DNA of 64,000 bases from Lama guanicoe (taxonomy: Eukaryota), in assembly GCA_013239625.1 (NCBI GenBank), contig MU056000.1, positions 1,612,001-1,676,000 on the forward strand. Reading direction: 5' to 3'. The position numbers and the translations under genes were made by a program. The notes beneath the pieces were generated by a model. It worked only from the letters and a program-made list of their open reading frames with translations, was not told the DNA's origin and made no database searches. Of the stretch, positions 47,732-60,759 are shown in pieces (position 1 is the stretch's first letter; each line of letters begins with the position of its first letter).

Positions 47732-50104
47732 CCAGAGCACTGAGAAGGAATTACTCGTCAAAGGGAAAAGCAAAGAGGGCTACGCGGGGGCACCAGGCCA
47801 AGATGGTACCAAGAGAGGGAGAGATGGAGGGAGAAAGAGACAGAGCACTTAAGCATCTGGGGAGAGTCCATTGGGGGAGCGGCAAAGGAAGGAGGGGGCG
47901 AGGTTCCAGACGGGACGCAGAGCGGACCCGAGTCCCAGCCCCAGAGAACGCTCCAGGGCAGCTGGCTTGTCGCAGAAGCAGCTGGAACCTCTGGACGAGG
48001 TGAGCAAGAAAGAGCACATCCACTTCGCATCCTGGAGAGAACTTTCCAGTTGCTGGGTGGGCAGTGGATGAGAGAGGAGCCTGGAGGAGGCGGGGGGTGC
48101 TGGGGACACACCACAGCCCCTCCCTCAGAGTGGGAGGGGTCCTCTGAGACCGAGCAGGGCCCGCGAGGATGGAGCAGGAAGGCCACGGCTCTGCAGAGCC
48201 TGCCCTGTGGGCTGCCTGGTGAGGACTCAGATGTCTGACGAGCACGTGTGTGAACACGTGGATGATGGACGGATTCCATCAATGGATGAGGAGAAAACCC
48301 TTCGCCCTCAGCTACCTGGCAGTCTCATGATCTGGAGCTGGCTTAGTGGATCTAGTCTGGCATAACGCACGAGGCAGTTAAAAAGTCTCCCCTGCCCCCC
48401 GACCGCGCTGTGGGCTGCACGTCCCCCCGCTTCCATCGGAGGTGGCCGACGGCTGCCCCAACCCGCACAGCGACAGCGGCCCAGCTTACACGGCGGAGGC
48501 TCGTTTAAAGCACACAGGCAGCGCCCACCTTGCTCTGCTGAGCCCGGGAGTCGGAGTGTCTGTCAGCTCTAAGAGGGTCGACCGCATGGAAGCATTCTGG
48601 CTGCCAGTCCCAGCGCCAGACAGCTTTGCCCAGCTTTTCTTCACGTTATCCCCGCCTCGTCCTATGGGTCAGCCCAGACTCCACGAGTTTCTGTCCAGAC
48701 GTTGCAGATCAGAGACAGGCCACCTTCTCAGCAGTCTGTTTAAATTCTTAACTCCCCGAATATATTAGCAAACGAAAAGGGTTGTTTATGCCTAAAGCTG
48801 TAGGTGGTTTGTTTTGCATCAGCAGGAAGGGGGCGAGGATTCGGCCGCTGGAGGAGAGACGCCACACCGTGATGGCCCAAAACCCACTGGGACCGGCCCT
48901 TGAGGGGGCTGTTAGCAGAAGCCAGGCTGCTGTCCTAAGGGGTGCCAGTTGAAACCCCACAAAAAGTGAGGGGAACGTTTGGAGGAAAGAAGACTCTCAT
49001 TATTCAGGGGCGGAAGTTTTAGCAAAATTGTTGCCTGAAATAATGGAGAAAACACCAAACGCTTGCAATGACCTGAAGGATTTGGCTATGGGAAAGTTCA
49101 GGCAGAACGCTGAAAGTGTCAGCTGCTTTGCGTCAGCTGAGCATCACAGGTAAGGAGAGGGGATGAGGCGCAGAAGGAGGTCCTCAGCTTCCAAGTGGAA
49201 TTTAGGGGGAATGTAAGCAGACAGGGCTTGCTGGCCCTGAAAGCAAACGACTTCCCACCTTCAGTCCCTCCAGAGAGAGATTTCAGGCAGTTCTTCACGG
49301 GGTTTTTCAAACTAGCCCACCTTCTGGGAGTCTCGGTGCACAGATCCTGCCCGTTCCACAACCGGGCTTCTGAGACTCGAAGGCGGATCCCCCTCTGCAC
49401 ACAGGGAGCTCAAGGCAGCGGAGGCTCTCCCGTGAAAAGTATGTGGATGTGACTTCTGGCTCAGGGCATGAGCTATAAGACGACACAAAGGAAACCCAAA
49501 GTGTTTTTAAAGGAATTGTACCAGGTTCAACTGAAATAGTGCAAAAACAGTACCGAGAAAAAGGGTGTTTGGCTAGGTGGTTGAGTCGGACGTTCAGTAA
49601 CAAGCTCAGGTCATTTCTTGTAGAGGAAGAGTGGCTCTTCTGCACACAGTTCTGTAGACTGAGAGAAGCTGTGTGTATGGAGCCACGCCCAGGAGCCTCG
49701 CCCTCGCGTGGACCCAAGCCTGTCGCCAGAGAGGCTGAGTGTGGCCTTGACCTGCTTGGCACGAGGCTGGAGTGTGGGTAACTTGTGGCCAGAGGGCGGG
49801 CTGGAAGGTTCTTTGTCAAGGAGACAGCCATGAATTTCTCTGCCAGCTGCCCCACTGAGACAGAGGCTCTATTTCCTCTCTTCTGAATCCAAGAAGGCTG
49901 GTAGTTGTTTGAGCTAAGGACAGAGCAGGAAGGACACCTGTGATTTCTGGCGCTGGTCCACAGAAAGCTGCCCAGGGTTCCCCTGCATACTGGGACCCTG
50001 TGCCCTCACGCGAGGGGCTCTGCTGGCCTGGGGAGGCCATGACGCAAAGGAACCCAGGCAGCACGGGGCGGTCATCGCTCCCCGGGCTCCGGTCCCCGCT
50101 GAGA

Positions 50105-50335
50105 CGTGTGCACACAGGAGGCTCCAACTTCAGCCACAAGCCGAGGAGCGCAGGCAGCCACCGGGTGCTGGAGGAGGCAGGACGTGTCCTCTCCTGGACC
50201 CTCTGGACGGAGTGTGGCCCTGCCCACACCTTCCTTTCAGACTCTGGCCGCCAGAGCTGTGAGAGGATGCATTTCTGCTATTGTAAGCCACAAAGTCTGG
50301 GGCATTTTGTCACAGCCGCCCCAAGGATTAAACAA
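50105..50335 (+). mobile_element. MaLR LTR (MLT1-type), 3' half
   Basis: CAGCCACAAGCCGAGGA...GTGTGGCCCTGCCCACACCTT...TTTCAGACTCTGGCCGCCAGAGCTGTGAGAGGATGCATTTCTGCTATTGTAAGCCAC...TTTGTCACAGC. Confidence 0.85.
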
Positions 50336-52149
50336 AACAGTCCTTCCTCCAGAAGTCGTGAGAACAGAGTGCCAGGGCCAGGTCCACGGTGACATCTAAC
50401 CAACGTCAAACGCGACTGCAAATCAGCGGACTAGCCGACACTAGGGGGCTGGGCAGCGGGGATGAAGGTGGACGCAGGAGTATGAGATGCACCCTGGTGG
50501 ACACGGCGTGCACACACAATGGCAGTGACAAACACAAAAACGCCAGGACTGGGAAGGTGAGGGGTGGTGGCCCCGCAGGGAGGGGTTAGCCAGGGGTTTG
50601 AGTTGGCTCTCGCTCCACCCCCCTCCCCTGCCCAGTCTTGAGCAGGATGAAGGGGCTGGTCAGTTAGAGCGGCCAGCTTAACTGGAGCTAGGATGCAGTG
50701 ACAAAGTCCTGTCCAAGGCTTGGATGTCCACGAAGACTCTCTGTCCTGGAACCACTGTCCTGCCCCCAGTGCTTCAGGTAAACACTGGGTGGGAAGGCCA
50801 TCGCTTCCCATAAACAGACCTACCGTCTAAGACTCCCACCGTCCAAGCAGACGCGCCGTCCTGGGGCTGCATTCAGACTGGTGGGGAGCGGCTTCGTGCA
50901 GTCCCTGTGCCCCAGACGCAAACTGTCCTCAGGACTTCTTGGGGAACCCTCCCTTCCTTTCCTGTCTTTCCTCCATCCTTCCCTCCCATTCTTCCTTCTT
51001 TCTTTACTTTCTGTCCTTCTGTCTTAATCGTCGGGAAGCTCCTAAGACAAACAGAAGGCGCCCAGGAGACGCGCTGTCCGTGCAGCTGTGGGTGGGCGGC
51101 CTCCTCCCTCCACCCTGGGGCTCCGCGCAGGCCGCACGATCACGTCATGTCTTCCCTTTGTTCCTCCGCCTGTCCTGTTCTCCTGCTTTCGGGTCACTTT
51201 ATGGAGTCCAGAGGCTGCACTCGACGTGCAGGTGAACAGCACCATTTCTCTCCCTAACGATGCATGCGGCCGTCCTAGGATTCACGGGCTGCGCCGTTTG
51301 AGGACTTAGCCCTGCAGGAGGAATCGGGCCCTGTCACCGGGCACCTGGGCCTGTGCCCTGGGCTGTTCGCTGCCCGGAGGACTCGTGAGGAAGAGTCAAT
51401 CAGAAAATAACAAAGAAAGTTTTTCCGTTTACCCAGGAGGCAGAGTACACACAAGGGGCAAATGCCATCCTTCCAAACTCTTAGCTGCCGACAGGTTCCA
51501 ACCGCGACCGTCTGTGGGAGTGGAAACCACCTGGAGCCACAGGTGACATCAGCTCCCGTCCCCACTGCCAGATGGCACCGCCCAGCCACCCAGACCCCCA
51601 GCTGCTGCCTCGCCTTTCCTGTGGGGCAGCCTGAGCTGTGACTTGGGGGGACATAAGCTGGCCCCCCACGGAGGGCAGGCCTGACATCCCACAGCCAAGA
51701 GCCTCGACCCCGTCCCCTGGGGGCTCATCACGCTGCAGTCGGGCGGGCCCCGGGGGTCCGGGCGAGAGCGGAGTCTCTGAGGGGAATCGCAAAGGCCTGA
51801 GGACCCTGGCCCTGCGGAGATGCCCTAGGCCGGCCTGTCCACCAGGGCAGTGCCGACGCAGGCCTGCGTGGGGCCCCCAGAGACGTGGCCCGAACTTCTG
51901 CTCTCAGCTCGGAAGCGGCTGAGGCGGGGTTTTCTCGCCGGCATTTTGGGTTTGCTCCTCTGCGCTCACTGGTTCACGGGGAGCCTTGCCTTTTCTCTCG
52001 CACCTGCCTCTCTGCTGCCTGCACGGGTGCTGGGAGCCAGGCGAGCCGCCTCCTGGGCTGTCATGTGACGCGTGACTCAGAAGCCCCCGAGCTTGGGCAG
52101 GTGTGCTCATCCCGTCTCCAGACTCGGGCTTCCAGGACATCCTTCTAAA

Positions 52150-52760
52150 CCATCTCGACAGAAGGCGTGCCCGGTGAACCGTCGGCCGCCGCGTGGGCTC
52201 GGAGACGAACGACAACATGGAGAGTCAGGTGGGGAGGCGAGGCGAGGGCCCCGCTGGGAGCGAGGTGCCCGGGAAGACGCGCCCGTCTGCAGGCCGCGGG
52301 CTGGGCTGCGTCAGGGCGGCTCGGACGCTCGCCTAGGATTAACCCAAAAGCGCTCCCTTCAGTTTCCCACCATGGCTGCTTCGCGTTGAAAAACCAACGG
52401 AAACGCAAGAAGGGAAAATAAAACCATAGCGGAGGGAAGGGCGCTTTCCAGCTCGCCTTCCACGCATGACGCCCCTTCCGCGCCCAGGCCCGCCGGAGGG
52501 CCCGGGGTGGGGGGTGCCGGGGGGCGGGCGCGAGCTCCCCCCACGCGGCGGGCAGATGTCCGGGGCTTTGATAACCAGGAAACCCCGAAACAGCCTGTGG
52601 AGGGAAATTACCCACAGCTGTGTCACAGGGAGAAGCGTCAAGCGCTTGCCAATAAACAAGTCAAAATTGCACTTGCCCGGATCAGCGGGTTCCTCTGAAG
52701 TGGGAGTCGTGGCGCGGGGCACGCGACCCAAACCGTCCAGGGTCTTCAAAGGCACCCGTA
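52150..52760. promoter_or_regulatory. CpG-dense segment with a canonical G-quadruplex motif (52504-52528)
   Basis: High CpG density; GGGGTGGGGGGTGCCGGGGGGCGGG. Confidence 0.45.
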
Positions 52761-53660
52761 TGTCCTTGGCAAATTTGTGTTTTCTCCTGAAAGGATTCAC
52801 AGGAGAACCGAAGTGCGTTCCGGCCACTTGCCACTTAATCGTGCAACTAGAGCCAAAGAGCAGGAGACACAGGGCTGCCCTGCGAGGGGCTGGGGGCTGG
52901 CCCCAGCGGGTCCAGGAGGCCCGAGGCTCCCCGACCTGGGACGCACCCGCCTTGGCGTGGCTCTCACGAGGGGTCTGCTCGAGTCTCCCCTCGGGGAGGC
53001 CCCGTCCGGCTGCACTAGTGCGACGCTCACCCGATGCCCTGACATCACTGTGGTGAACAGAGGGCCTCCCTCTTCATGAACCCCCACTTTGAATGAGAGG
53101 AAAAAAGACACAAAGAGGCCTGGGCCAGACCCCCACCCCCCCCATAGCAGGGGTGCAGCTCTTCTCACCCAGTGAGCTCGGTCCTGTCAGGGACAGACTT
53201 TTTTCGGAGCAGTGGCTTCTAATCTAAAACGTGTGTGTTGCCTCAAGGGGTTTCACATCATCTCAGATTCCCAAGACAACATGAGAAATAAAGCCCAGGA
53301 AACATTTTAAGGAAAAATACACACAAGAAGTTTCTTTTTAAAAACCCCCCTTGACACCGGGTTCGAACAGATGCCCTGCATACCCCGCCCCCCTGAGAAG
53401 CCCTGCTGATGGGCCCACTATGGAACAGCTCCCGCAGCGGCAAGGCGGACATGCAGGGAGCGCTGCAAAGCTCCTTTGTGCCCCAGGCTCTTATGTGCTC
53501 CCTGGGGAGACGCACTTGTTCATCCGGGGGCAAGAGTCAGACTAAAATACTGACCGAACCTGGTGGTCGTGGAGGACACCCCGATGTGCCGGGGCCTAGC
53601 AGGGCCTGAGCCTCTGATCCTCCGGGCCTGTGAGCAAGGCACCGCTCGGCCAGACCTCGC

Positions 53661-54430
53661 TGTAGCGGGCTGCCCAGCGTTCCCCCGAGAGAGACGCCGC
53701 CTGGAGCTTCAGGGCACGCCCGATCCCGTGCGTTCAGGCCGCTGTAAGGACGCCCCGTCCCGTAGACCAGGTGCCTGTGAACCGCAGAAACGCGTGGTTC
53801 ACAGCTGGGGGGGCTGAATGCCCAGGCTCAAGGTGCCAGCAGGGCTGAGCTGCAGTGAGAGCCCCCGTCAGTCTGTGTAAGGCTGCCTCCCCTCTGTGAC
53901 CCGGCCTGCTGGGCTCCCTGGGGGCCCCTGCCATAAGGGCACCAATCCCCTTCCCGAGGGCCTCACCCTTGTGACTCGTCCCCACAAAGCTCCCCTCTCC
54001 TGGTGCCCGCTCCTGGCCTCTGGACCTCAGCATGTGGACTTGGGGAGACACGGACATGCAGGCCACAGCAGTGGCCTTACTTGAAGTAGGGACTTTGCAG
54101 GCATCACTGAGTGAAGGAGCTCCAAATGGGACCACCCTGGGTGAGGGCAGACCCGGAATCTGGCGGAGGGGGTCCTTGTAGGACCCGGGAAAGGAGGGGA
54201 CAGGAAGGAGAGGGGCTGGGGCGGTGCGGCCCCTGCTGGCAGAGGACAGCCCACACCCCAGGAGTCCTGAGAGACACGTGGGACAGGGTGTCCCTCAGAC
54301 CCGCCAGAAGGGCCCAGCCCTGCTGGTGCCTGGACTTGGCCCCCAGCCTCCGGAGCTGTGGGAGGATCCATTTCTGCTGCTTGAAGCCTCCCGGTTTATA
54401 GCGATCTGTCCCAGACACTTGCCTACTTAC
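53661..54430 (+). mobile_element. MaLR LTR (MLT1C/D-like), split by a nested MLT1A (pieces at about 53661-53720 and 54071-54430)
   Basis: 5' piece TGTAGCGGGCTG...GTTCCCCC. It resumes GTGGCCTTACTTGAAGTAGGGACTTTGCAGG and ends CAGCCTCCGGAGCTGTGGGAGGATCCATTTCTGCTGCTTGAAGCC...ACTTACA. Confidence 0.7.
53722..54070 (-). mobile_element. MaLR LTR (MLT1A-like), near full length
   Basis: GCTCAAGGTGCCAGCAG...ATAAGGGCACCAATCCCCTTCCCGAGGGC...CAGCATGTGGACTTGGGGAGACACGGACATGCAGGCCACAGCA matches antisense MLT1A as recalled. Confidence 0.8.
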
Positions 54431-55133
54431 AGACGCAGGGGAGGCAGACGTGCCCGGCCCCCCCACCACCCCCAGGGACGAGTCTCCTGGTGGACGGAGA
54501 GCTGGACCCTGGCCCCCAGCCCCTCCCCTGGGATTCACGGGAGCAGCACATGGACAGTCCCTGAGGACACTGGGCGGCAAGGGACATGGGGGCACTCCTG
54601 GCTGCCCCCCCAACACCCCCCATGGCCCGAGCTGACCCTGGTGCCGGGCTGACTCTGCCCTTCTCACCCTCAAGGACAGAACTGATGAAAACACAAAGGA
54701 CAGAGGTTCTTGGACAAGCAGAGGAGATGGGGGGGATGTGGCCTCTGGGGACACTGAGGGACACAGGCCTGTGCTCAGGCTCTGAGGAGCCATAGTCTCG
54801 CTCCCTCACTCCCCCGATGTGCTGCGGGGCCAGGGGGTCTGAGTTCCCGCCATCGGGGCAGCACCCCCCACCCAAGGAGGAGGGGACCACCGACGGGATG
54901 AAGGCAGCCGCCCCCAGCCGCCCCCAGCGCTGCGTGCACCCGCAGCCTGCCCGTGTCTGAGGTGGAGATGGCCTGCTGAGCCTGCGCTCTCCTTCCACCT
55001 GGACCCCGAGTTCTTAGTAGACCGACCCCTGCCTGCAGCCTCCTCCTCACTGACCTGTGAGTTACGGGCATGTCCTGGGCATCTGATGGACATGGTGACT
55101 CACGCCTGTAGTACCAGCTGTGCAGGAGGCTGC

Positions 55134-55190
55134 GTGTCCTGAGTGTGTCCTGGCTGCATCTTGGGTGTGTCCCGGGTGTGTCCTGGGTCT
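55134..55190. repeat. Short tandem repeat, 11-bp unit (GTGTCCTGGGT), ~5 copies
   Basis: GTGTCCTGAGT GTGTCCTGGCT GCATCTTGGGT GTGTCCCGGGT GTGTCCTGGGT. Confidence 0.8.
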
Positions 55191-56524
55191 CACTCTGGTC
55201 AAAACTGGACCCATTTCTGGGACCTCACAGCTGGACTCCTTACCTTCCCCCTCGACCCCCTCTCCATCCTCCCCGCCCCCCAGCCCACCACACTCTCCAG
55301 GCTCTGATGGTTCGAATCCACAGAAACTGGGTACTGTGCCTGTGACTGAAAGGGAGAAAAGTCACCCTGACCTTCCTTCCTGTCTGTAATTAAGCCTCCC
55401 ATCCGGCGCCAGCCCTGACGAAGATGCCAGGAGCCTGTCCTCCTGCTAATTTGCTCAGGGAGCCCCTCGGCCAGGACTGCCTCCTGCTGGGCCCCCTCTA
55501 TGTGGAGCGGGCCTGGGGGGACAACATGGTCCCCAGGGAGCTACACAGGACAGATACACTCCTCTCCTCGAAAAGTCTCTGCATTTGGGGCAAGAAAAGG
55601 GATTCCTAAGATGCCTCACAGCCGTCAAAGGCTGAAGATCAACTTGCAAATTTACACATTTGAACACTTCACATGTCATAAAAGACTTTAAGGAACATTC
55701 TCTGCTCTCCTCAGACACAAAGCAACTGAAAACACGTGGGAGTGTCAGGCTCTCGATGTCTGATTACTTAAAGTGTTTCCGAGCACACGGCTGCTCCCAG
55801 CCCCCACCAGGTGTCAGCTCCCCTCTGTCCCCAAACTGGCATCGTCACACCTTGGTCACGTGATGCAGAAAACCAGAGACCGCTTCTGTCCGTTGCTTTC
55901 CTGTCCTCTTGGGGACGTGGAGCCAGCTGGAAACCCCTCTTCCCGTGGTCCCAGGAGGCTGCACGCAGCCCCTACACTCCCGGGGGCTCGCATCCGTTTC
56001 TCTGCCTGATCCTCTTCCTCTGGCCCCCGAGGTGCCAGGGATCCCGGCCGTCCCCTCCAAGCCCACCCCGACACGTACCAAATCCGCCCACCCACCTGCC
56101 CGGTGCAGGTGGCCGAGCAGACCGCCTGTTGTCATCTGATGCTCTAGGCCTTTGCCATGCCCACCTGCACCCCAGCAGGTCCTCTCCCCCCTTCGCTGAT
56201 CTGGCTGGCTGCTCCTCAGCCCCTCACCCACTCCTGGAGCCAGCACCTTCAAGGTCTCCTGTCCCCCTACCCGCCATCCCATCACGTCCTCACCTGCTCC
56301 CAGTCCCTGCCTGCTCTGCCCGCCCCCACCTCTGCCATGTCCTCGGGGACCCTCCACCCCCCGGACCAGTGTGGCCCCCACTGCTCCCCAACACCCACCT
56401 GCCCTCCATGCACACTAAGGGGCTCTCACAGGTGGGGTCTCAGGACCCTTGCTTTGCCCCACACGTCAGCCTGCTCTCTCAGGATGAAAACGCTGGGCTG
56501 TTTTCATCACTCCCTCTCTCCCTC

Positions 56525-56700
56525 CTTCATTCACTCGTTCATTCACTGATTCATTCATTCATTCAATGACTCATTCATTGGTTCACTCATTCACTCCCTC
56601 ACTCACTCTCACTCCTTCGTTCATCACTCATTCATTCACTCAATCTGTCATTCATTCACTCATTCATTGACTCAGTCACTCCTTCACTCACTCATCCATC
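56525..56700. repeat. Degenerate (TTCA/CTCA)n microsatellite, probably the expanded tail of an antisense L2 (body about 56700-56800)
   Basis: About 175 bp of CATT/CACT tetramers, followed by the L2-like GGCCCCTGTGCTGGCATAG...GCAGTGATAAGACAG. Confidence 0.85.
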
Positions 56701-59700
56701 CACCTGGGCCAGTCTTGGTTGCACAGGGGCCCCTGTGCTGGCATAGAAGGAGCAGTGATAAGACAGGGCAGGTGACACCTGGAGCCACTCAGGAGGGGGA
56801 CCGACACCCGGCCTGAAGCCCAGGGCCCAGCGACACAGTATCCCACACAAGTTAACCAGAAGTTCTCCAGCTTTAACTCGGAGATCACCAGGTGTTAAAC
56901 ACACTTCTGAAAGGGTGAACAGCAGGTTCTGCGCACAACTTGACCTCACAGACAGTAAAAACGCAGAAAGTGAGTGCCTCTCCTGTGCTGGCGGCACGCG
57001 TGGCACCTTCCCAGACATGCCGGCCGGCGCTCGCAGAGGGACTCTCCCAGCGCTGGCGGGTCCTGGCAAGCGCCTGTCCGCACCTCCTCCTTCTGTCACC
57101 CTAGGGGGTGGCTCCGCATGCCGCAGCCTGCCCTGTCTCCTCGGGGCCTCGGCCAGGGACTCCTGGCTCGCGGGGGGAGAGTTCAGCCTGTCTGCCCAAT
57201 GCCGTCCTGGGCCCCCTGGGTGTGCCAGCGTCTCTGGGAGTGAGCGGGCGTCATAGTCCCTTGGGGCAGGGACTGAGCTGACCATGCAGCTGGGCACCTC
57301 CCCAGCTTGATGCTTTGTCCCTCCACAGACGGCTGCACTGCGGGGTTTCCCGTGTGACACGTGCACACACACAGACGGAGCCTTGGGAGTTAAACTCCCC
57401 CCCTCTTTGTAATGACCTGTCTGTGTCCCTGTGGCATCACCGGTGTCTCCAGGGAGCTGAGCCTTGAGATGAGCGAGGCCCCCACGCCTGTCGGAGCTGA
57501 GCCCCCAGGTCGCCCCCGGGACCCTGCCGTGGGGTCTTCCAGATACGACGTGCCCGAGCCCCACAGGGACCCTGCGGGGCCTATGGCCGCCAGGGCTGCT
57601 CTGCCCCAGTGCTTCTTGGTGAAATCAAAGTACTCATGGTTCCTGAGGCTTCAGGTTCTGCCTTCTAAGTGCTTTTCCCAGAGCGTCTCTGAAAGAGCCC
57701 CATGGAAAGTGCGGTCCGGGAGGCAGCACGCCTCAGACCGCCTCGCGATCCAGAGGGCGGGACCGCAAAAGGGCGCCCAGAGAGCTTCTCGTCTCTGAAG
57801 TTTCGGAAGCAGAAAGCACACCTTCGAGCGGAGCCTGTACCATCCGCACGCAAAGCTCCACGCGCATCTCACTGAGACATGACGCTGCACGTCAGAAACT
57901 GAGACAACGCTGCGAAGCGACTACACTTCAGTCAAAAAAGAATTAGAAGAGACGTTCCATGTGCGCTTTGCTTGGCTGGGGCTCGTCCTAAGGAAAAAGG
58001 AACTGTGAGCCGTGAGGGTCTGTCTGTCCGCCAGCATCCCCATCATAAGGGGGGGACCAGCACTAAAGACGGCACTTAAAGTACAGAATCCTGTAGGAAA
58101 GTCTCCATATAAAGCCCAGAGGAAGAGAAACTCTCCCACAGCAGCCTGTGTGAGTCCCCAAAGCGTTTATCAGGGACCACGAGGGTTGTTCCGGAGAAGC
58201 ATGCAGACTCCAGGTGGGCAGAGGACAGATCCACTCAAACATACCTGTATCACTGAGCACTCAGCCAGCACCTGTGGGAGCCTGGCTCCTGCCCGGCCCT
58301 GGGGAAACAGTGGCACGGGGTGGACGGTTCTCGCGCACTCAGAGAGGAGCGCAGCTGTGCCCGGAGAGCCGGCGCCCCGCAGGAACGCGCACCTGCGGTC
58401 CCCGGGCCGCTCCTCGGGGCGGACTCCCCCCGGCTGCGGGACACACACCAGGAGCCACTCGGACGAGAAGAGCGTTGACTTTTCTGAGAGAGGAGTTCAA
58501 GCTGGCTTTTCCTGGCACGATGCAGAATTCACAATTCTGCTCCAGAAATTGACCTTAAACGGCAAAGTGTAAGAGCAGAAGCCGAAAGCCCAGCCCTCCC
58601 TGCACACAGCGAGGGTTTAGCACATTCACCTCAGACAGTCCCGGGCAGCTGGAGAGGTTTCAGACGACTGCCCACCCCGACCCTCATTCGCACCCCAAAC
58701 CCTGACCAGCAAAACGCGGGGGGGGGCAGTCGATGTCTCTGACATCTTCCCCTCCTCGCTTTCCCTGGGAATTCCACGTCAAATAGTAAAGAGTGACGTG
58801 TATTGCCTCCCAGAAAATCGCGGAGATACACGAACAGTGGGAGGCATCCCGCCATGAGTTGCCGGGAACAAACAAGCAGCATTTCCCTGGGTCCAAAGAA
58901 CAAACGTAAAGTCATCACTTTTCATGGACGCTGGGCAGGTCTCTGCCTCCTCGTGGCACCCAGACCAGGGAGCTCTGCGGTCCTGCTGCTCAGCGGGCGC
59001 GTCCCTGGGAAGCCGGCTCTAAGCCGGCTGGCGCCTCACTGAAGACCTGCATGTTGTGGGTAAGGAGCCAGGACGACGCACGAGGTTAGCGCTTGGCCTG
59101 TTTAATCTGTTAATCTGCCGCCTCTGGGACATGATTTTAAATCCACTCCAGAGCGCAATGACTGAGAATCACTCTGGTCTGACGGCTTTAAAAGATCACA
59201 AGTGAACTGCGTCAAGAAGGCTCGGCCCACCGACGCCGCCCAGGGACGGCTGCTGTCAGTTCCTCTGGCCGGTGAGGCTTCTCCGCCCTCCTGCTGGGAG
59301 CCTCCAAATCAGACCATCGCTCAGCAGCAAGGAGAGGCTCCCGCCAGGCGGGATTAACGGCATGAGTCTGTGCTGCATCAGACCACGGCCACCGGCGATC
59401 ATCGCCGTGGAGGACCCCCAGGCCCTGGAGGTTCGCTCCCTCCCTGCTGGGACATGTCCCGAGACCACACGGGGCAGCTGAAAGGGGGAGATGCAGGACA
59501 CGCACTCAGTCGATAGAGCCTTGCGGTGCGACACAAGAGAAAAGTTATTTTTTTAAATCAGAGTTCCTATTTTGATGACACTGAAGTCAAGTGTGCCTGT
59601 ATTTTTCTAACAAATGACTGAGACCCTGCTCCTCGGCTAGTCCCTGCTCACCAGCCCGGTCGCCCCCATGGCCGGGGTCGGCCCCCTGAACAGACTCCAC

Positions 59701-60759
59701 CCGCATCTCCCCGTGAGTGTGGTCTCTAAGGACGCCAAGGTGGTCCCCATGCCGCAGACACCCCAGCCAGCCCCCGCCCAGCCCGGGGGCACAACTCACC
59801 GCTCTCAGCCACTTCCCAAGTCGCTGGAGAATGAGGTACCAGTACAAACCGGGCTTCTCCCCCGGTCCTAGGTCCAATGGGCACATCTGGCCATTTGGAG
59901 GCACATCTTTTGACGCCACGAAGTGTAGGGACCTCAAGGAATTGCCCACACAGGGAGGAGAAGGGGAGGAGCATCAGCAGAGAGAGATGGGACACCTGGG
60001 GAAGGAGGACGGAAGACCAGGATGCAGAGGAGGAAAGCCTGGAGGCCATGGACGGGGGCCCACGAAGCTGCCTTTGGACGGAATGACAAAACATGTCAAC
60101 AGGGCCAGCTGGAGGGGACTAAGGCGTGAGTTGTGGAGACGGACAGGGAGGTGTGGGTGCTCCTCCCAGCATCCCGCAGAGAACAGGGAAACCGGGCGGA
60201 GCCTGGGTGCAGCAGGGGCCTGAAGAAGGCTGAGTGGGGCTCGCTGCACTGACAAGGCAGAGACATGGCAAGTGTGTGGGGCCGGCGTGGAGGGACTGGA
60301 AGCGGATGCCCCCCAGCAAAGATGATGTGGTGGCCATGATGAGGCTGGAGCAGAAGGCCCCACCCCCGACACCCACCTGGGAGGCCACCTGTGCAGGAAG
60401 CTCCGTTCCCGCCAAGGCTTCTGGCCCCGACTTGTCTTCTCTCTGCCTGGGGAGCCACCTGCTGCCACTGGAGTGGGAGCCAGTGGATAAACGTCTCAGT
60501 GACCCCACCAAGGCACGTCCCCTGGGGTCTCCTGGCCCCCTCCCGTGTTGCCTCACAAGTGAGCTCTTTGCCAGATCCTTTACTCAGAAACTGCGCTGGG
60601 GTAGCCCACTGTAAGAGGTTGTAAGGCACCGATGAGGGAACTGGGGAGCAGCTATCAAAGCGCCTCCTGGAAAAAAACCAGAAGGAGGGTCAGGGCTGCC
60701 CAGTGGGGAACACTGATGATGAGAAAACACGGCCGCGGCCAAAGTCACCGATGCAGGGC

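Noticed and set aside
54541-54561. REST/NRSF-like sites (CAGCAC-AT-GGACAG here; TCAGCAC-GC-GGACAG at ~62215)
   Set aside because: Half-site spacing is one base short of the canonical RE1, and the second site lies within an MLT1 LTR.
55811-57564. 252-aa and 290-aa ORFs
   Set aside because: Low-complexity translations of GC-rich, partly L2-like sequence; one ends in the (TTCA)n microsatellite.
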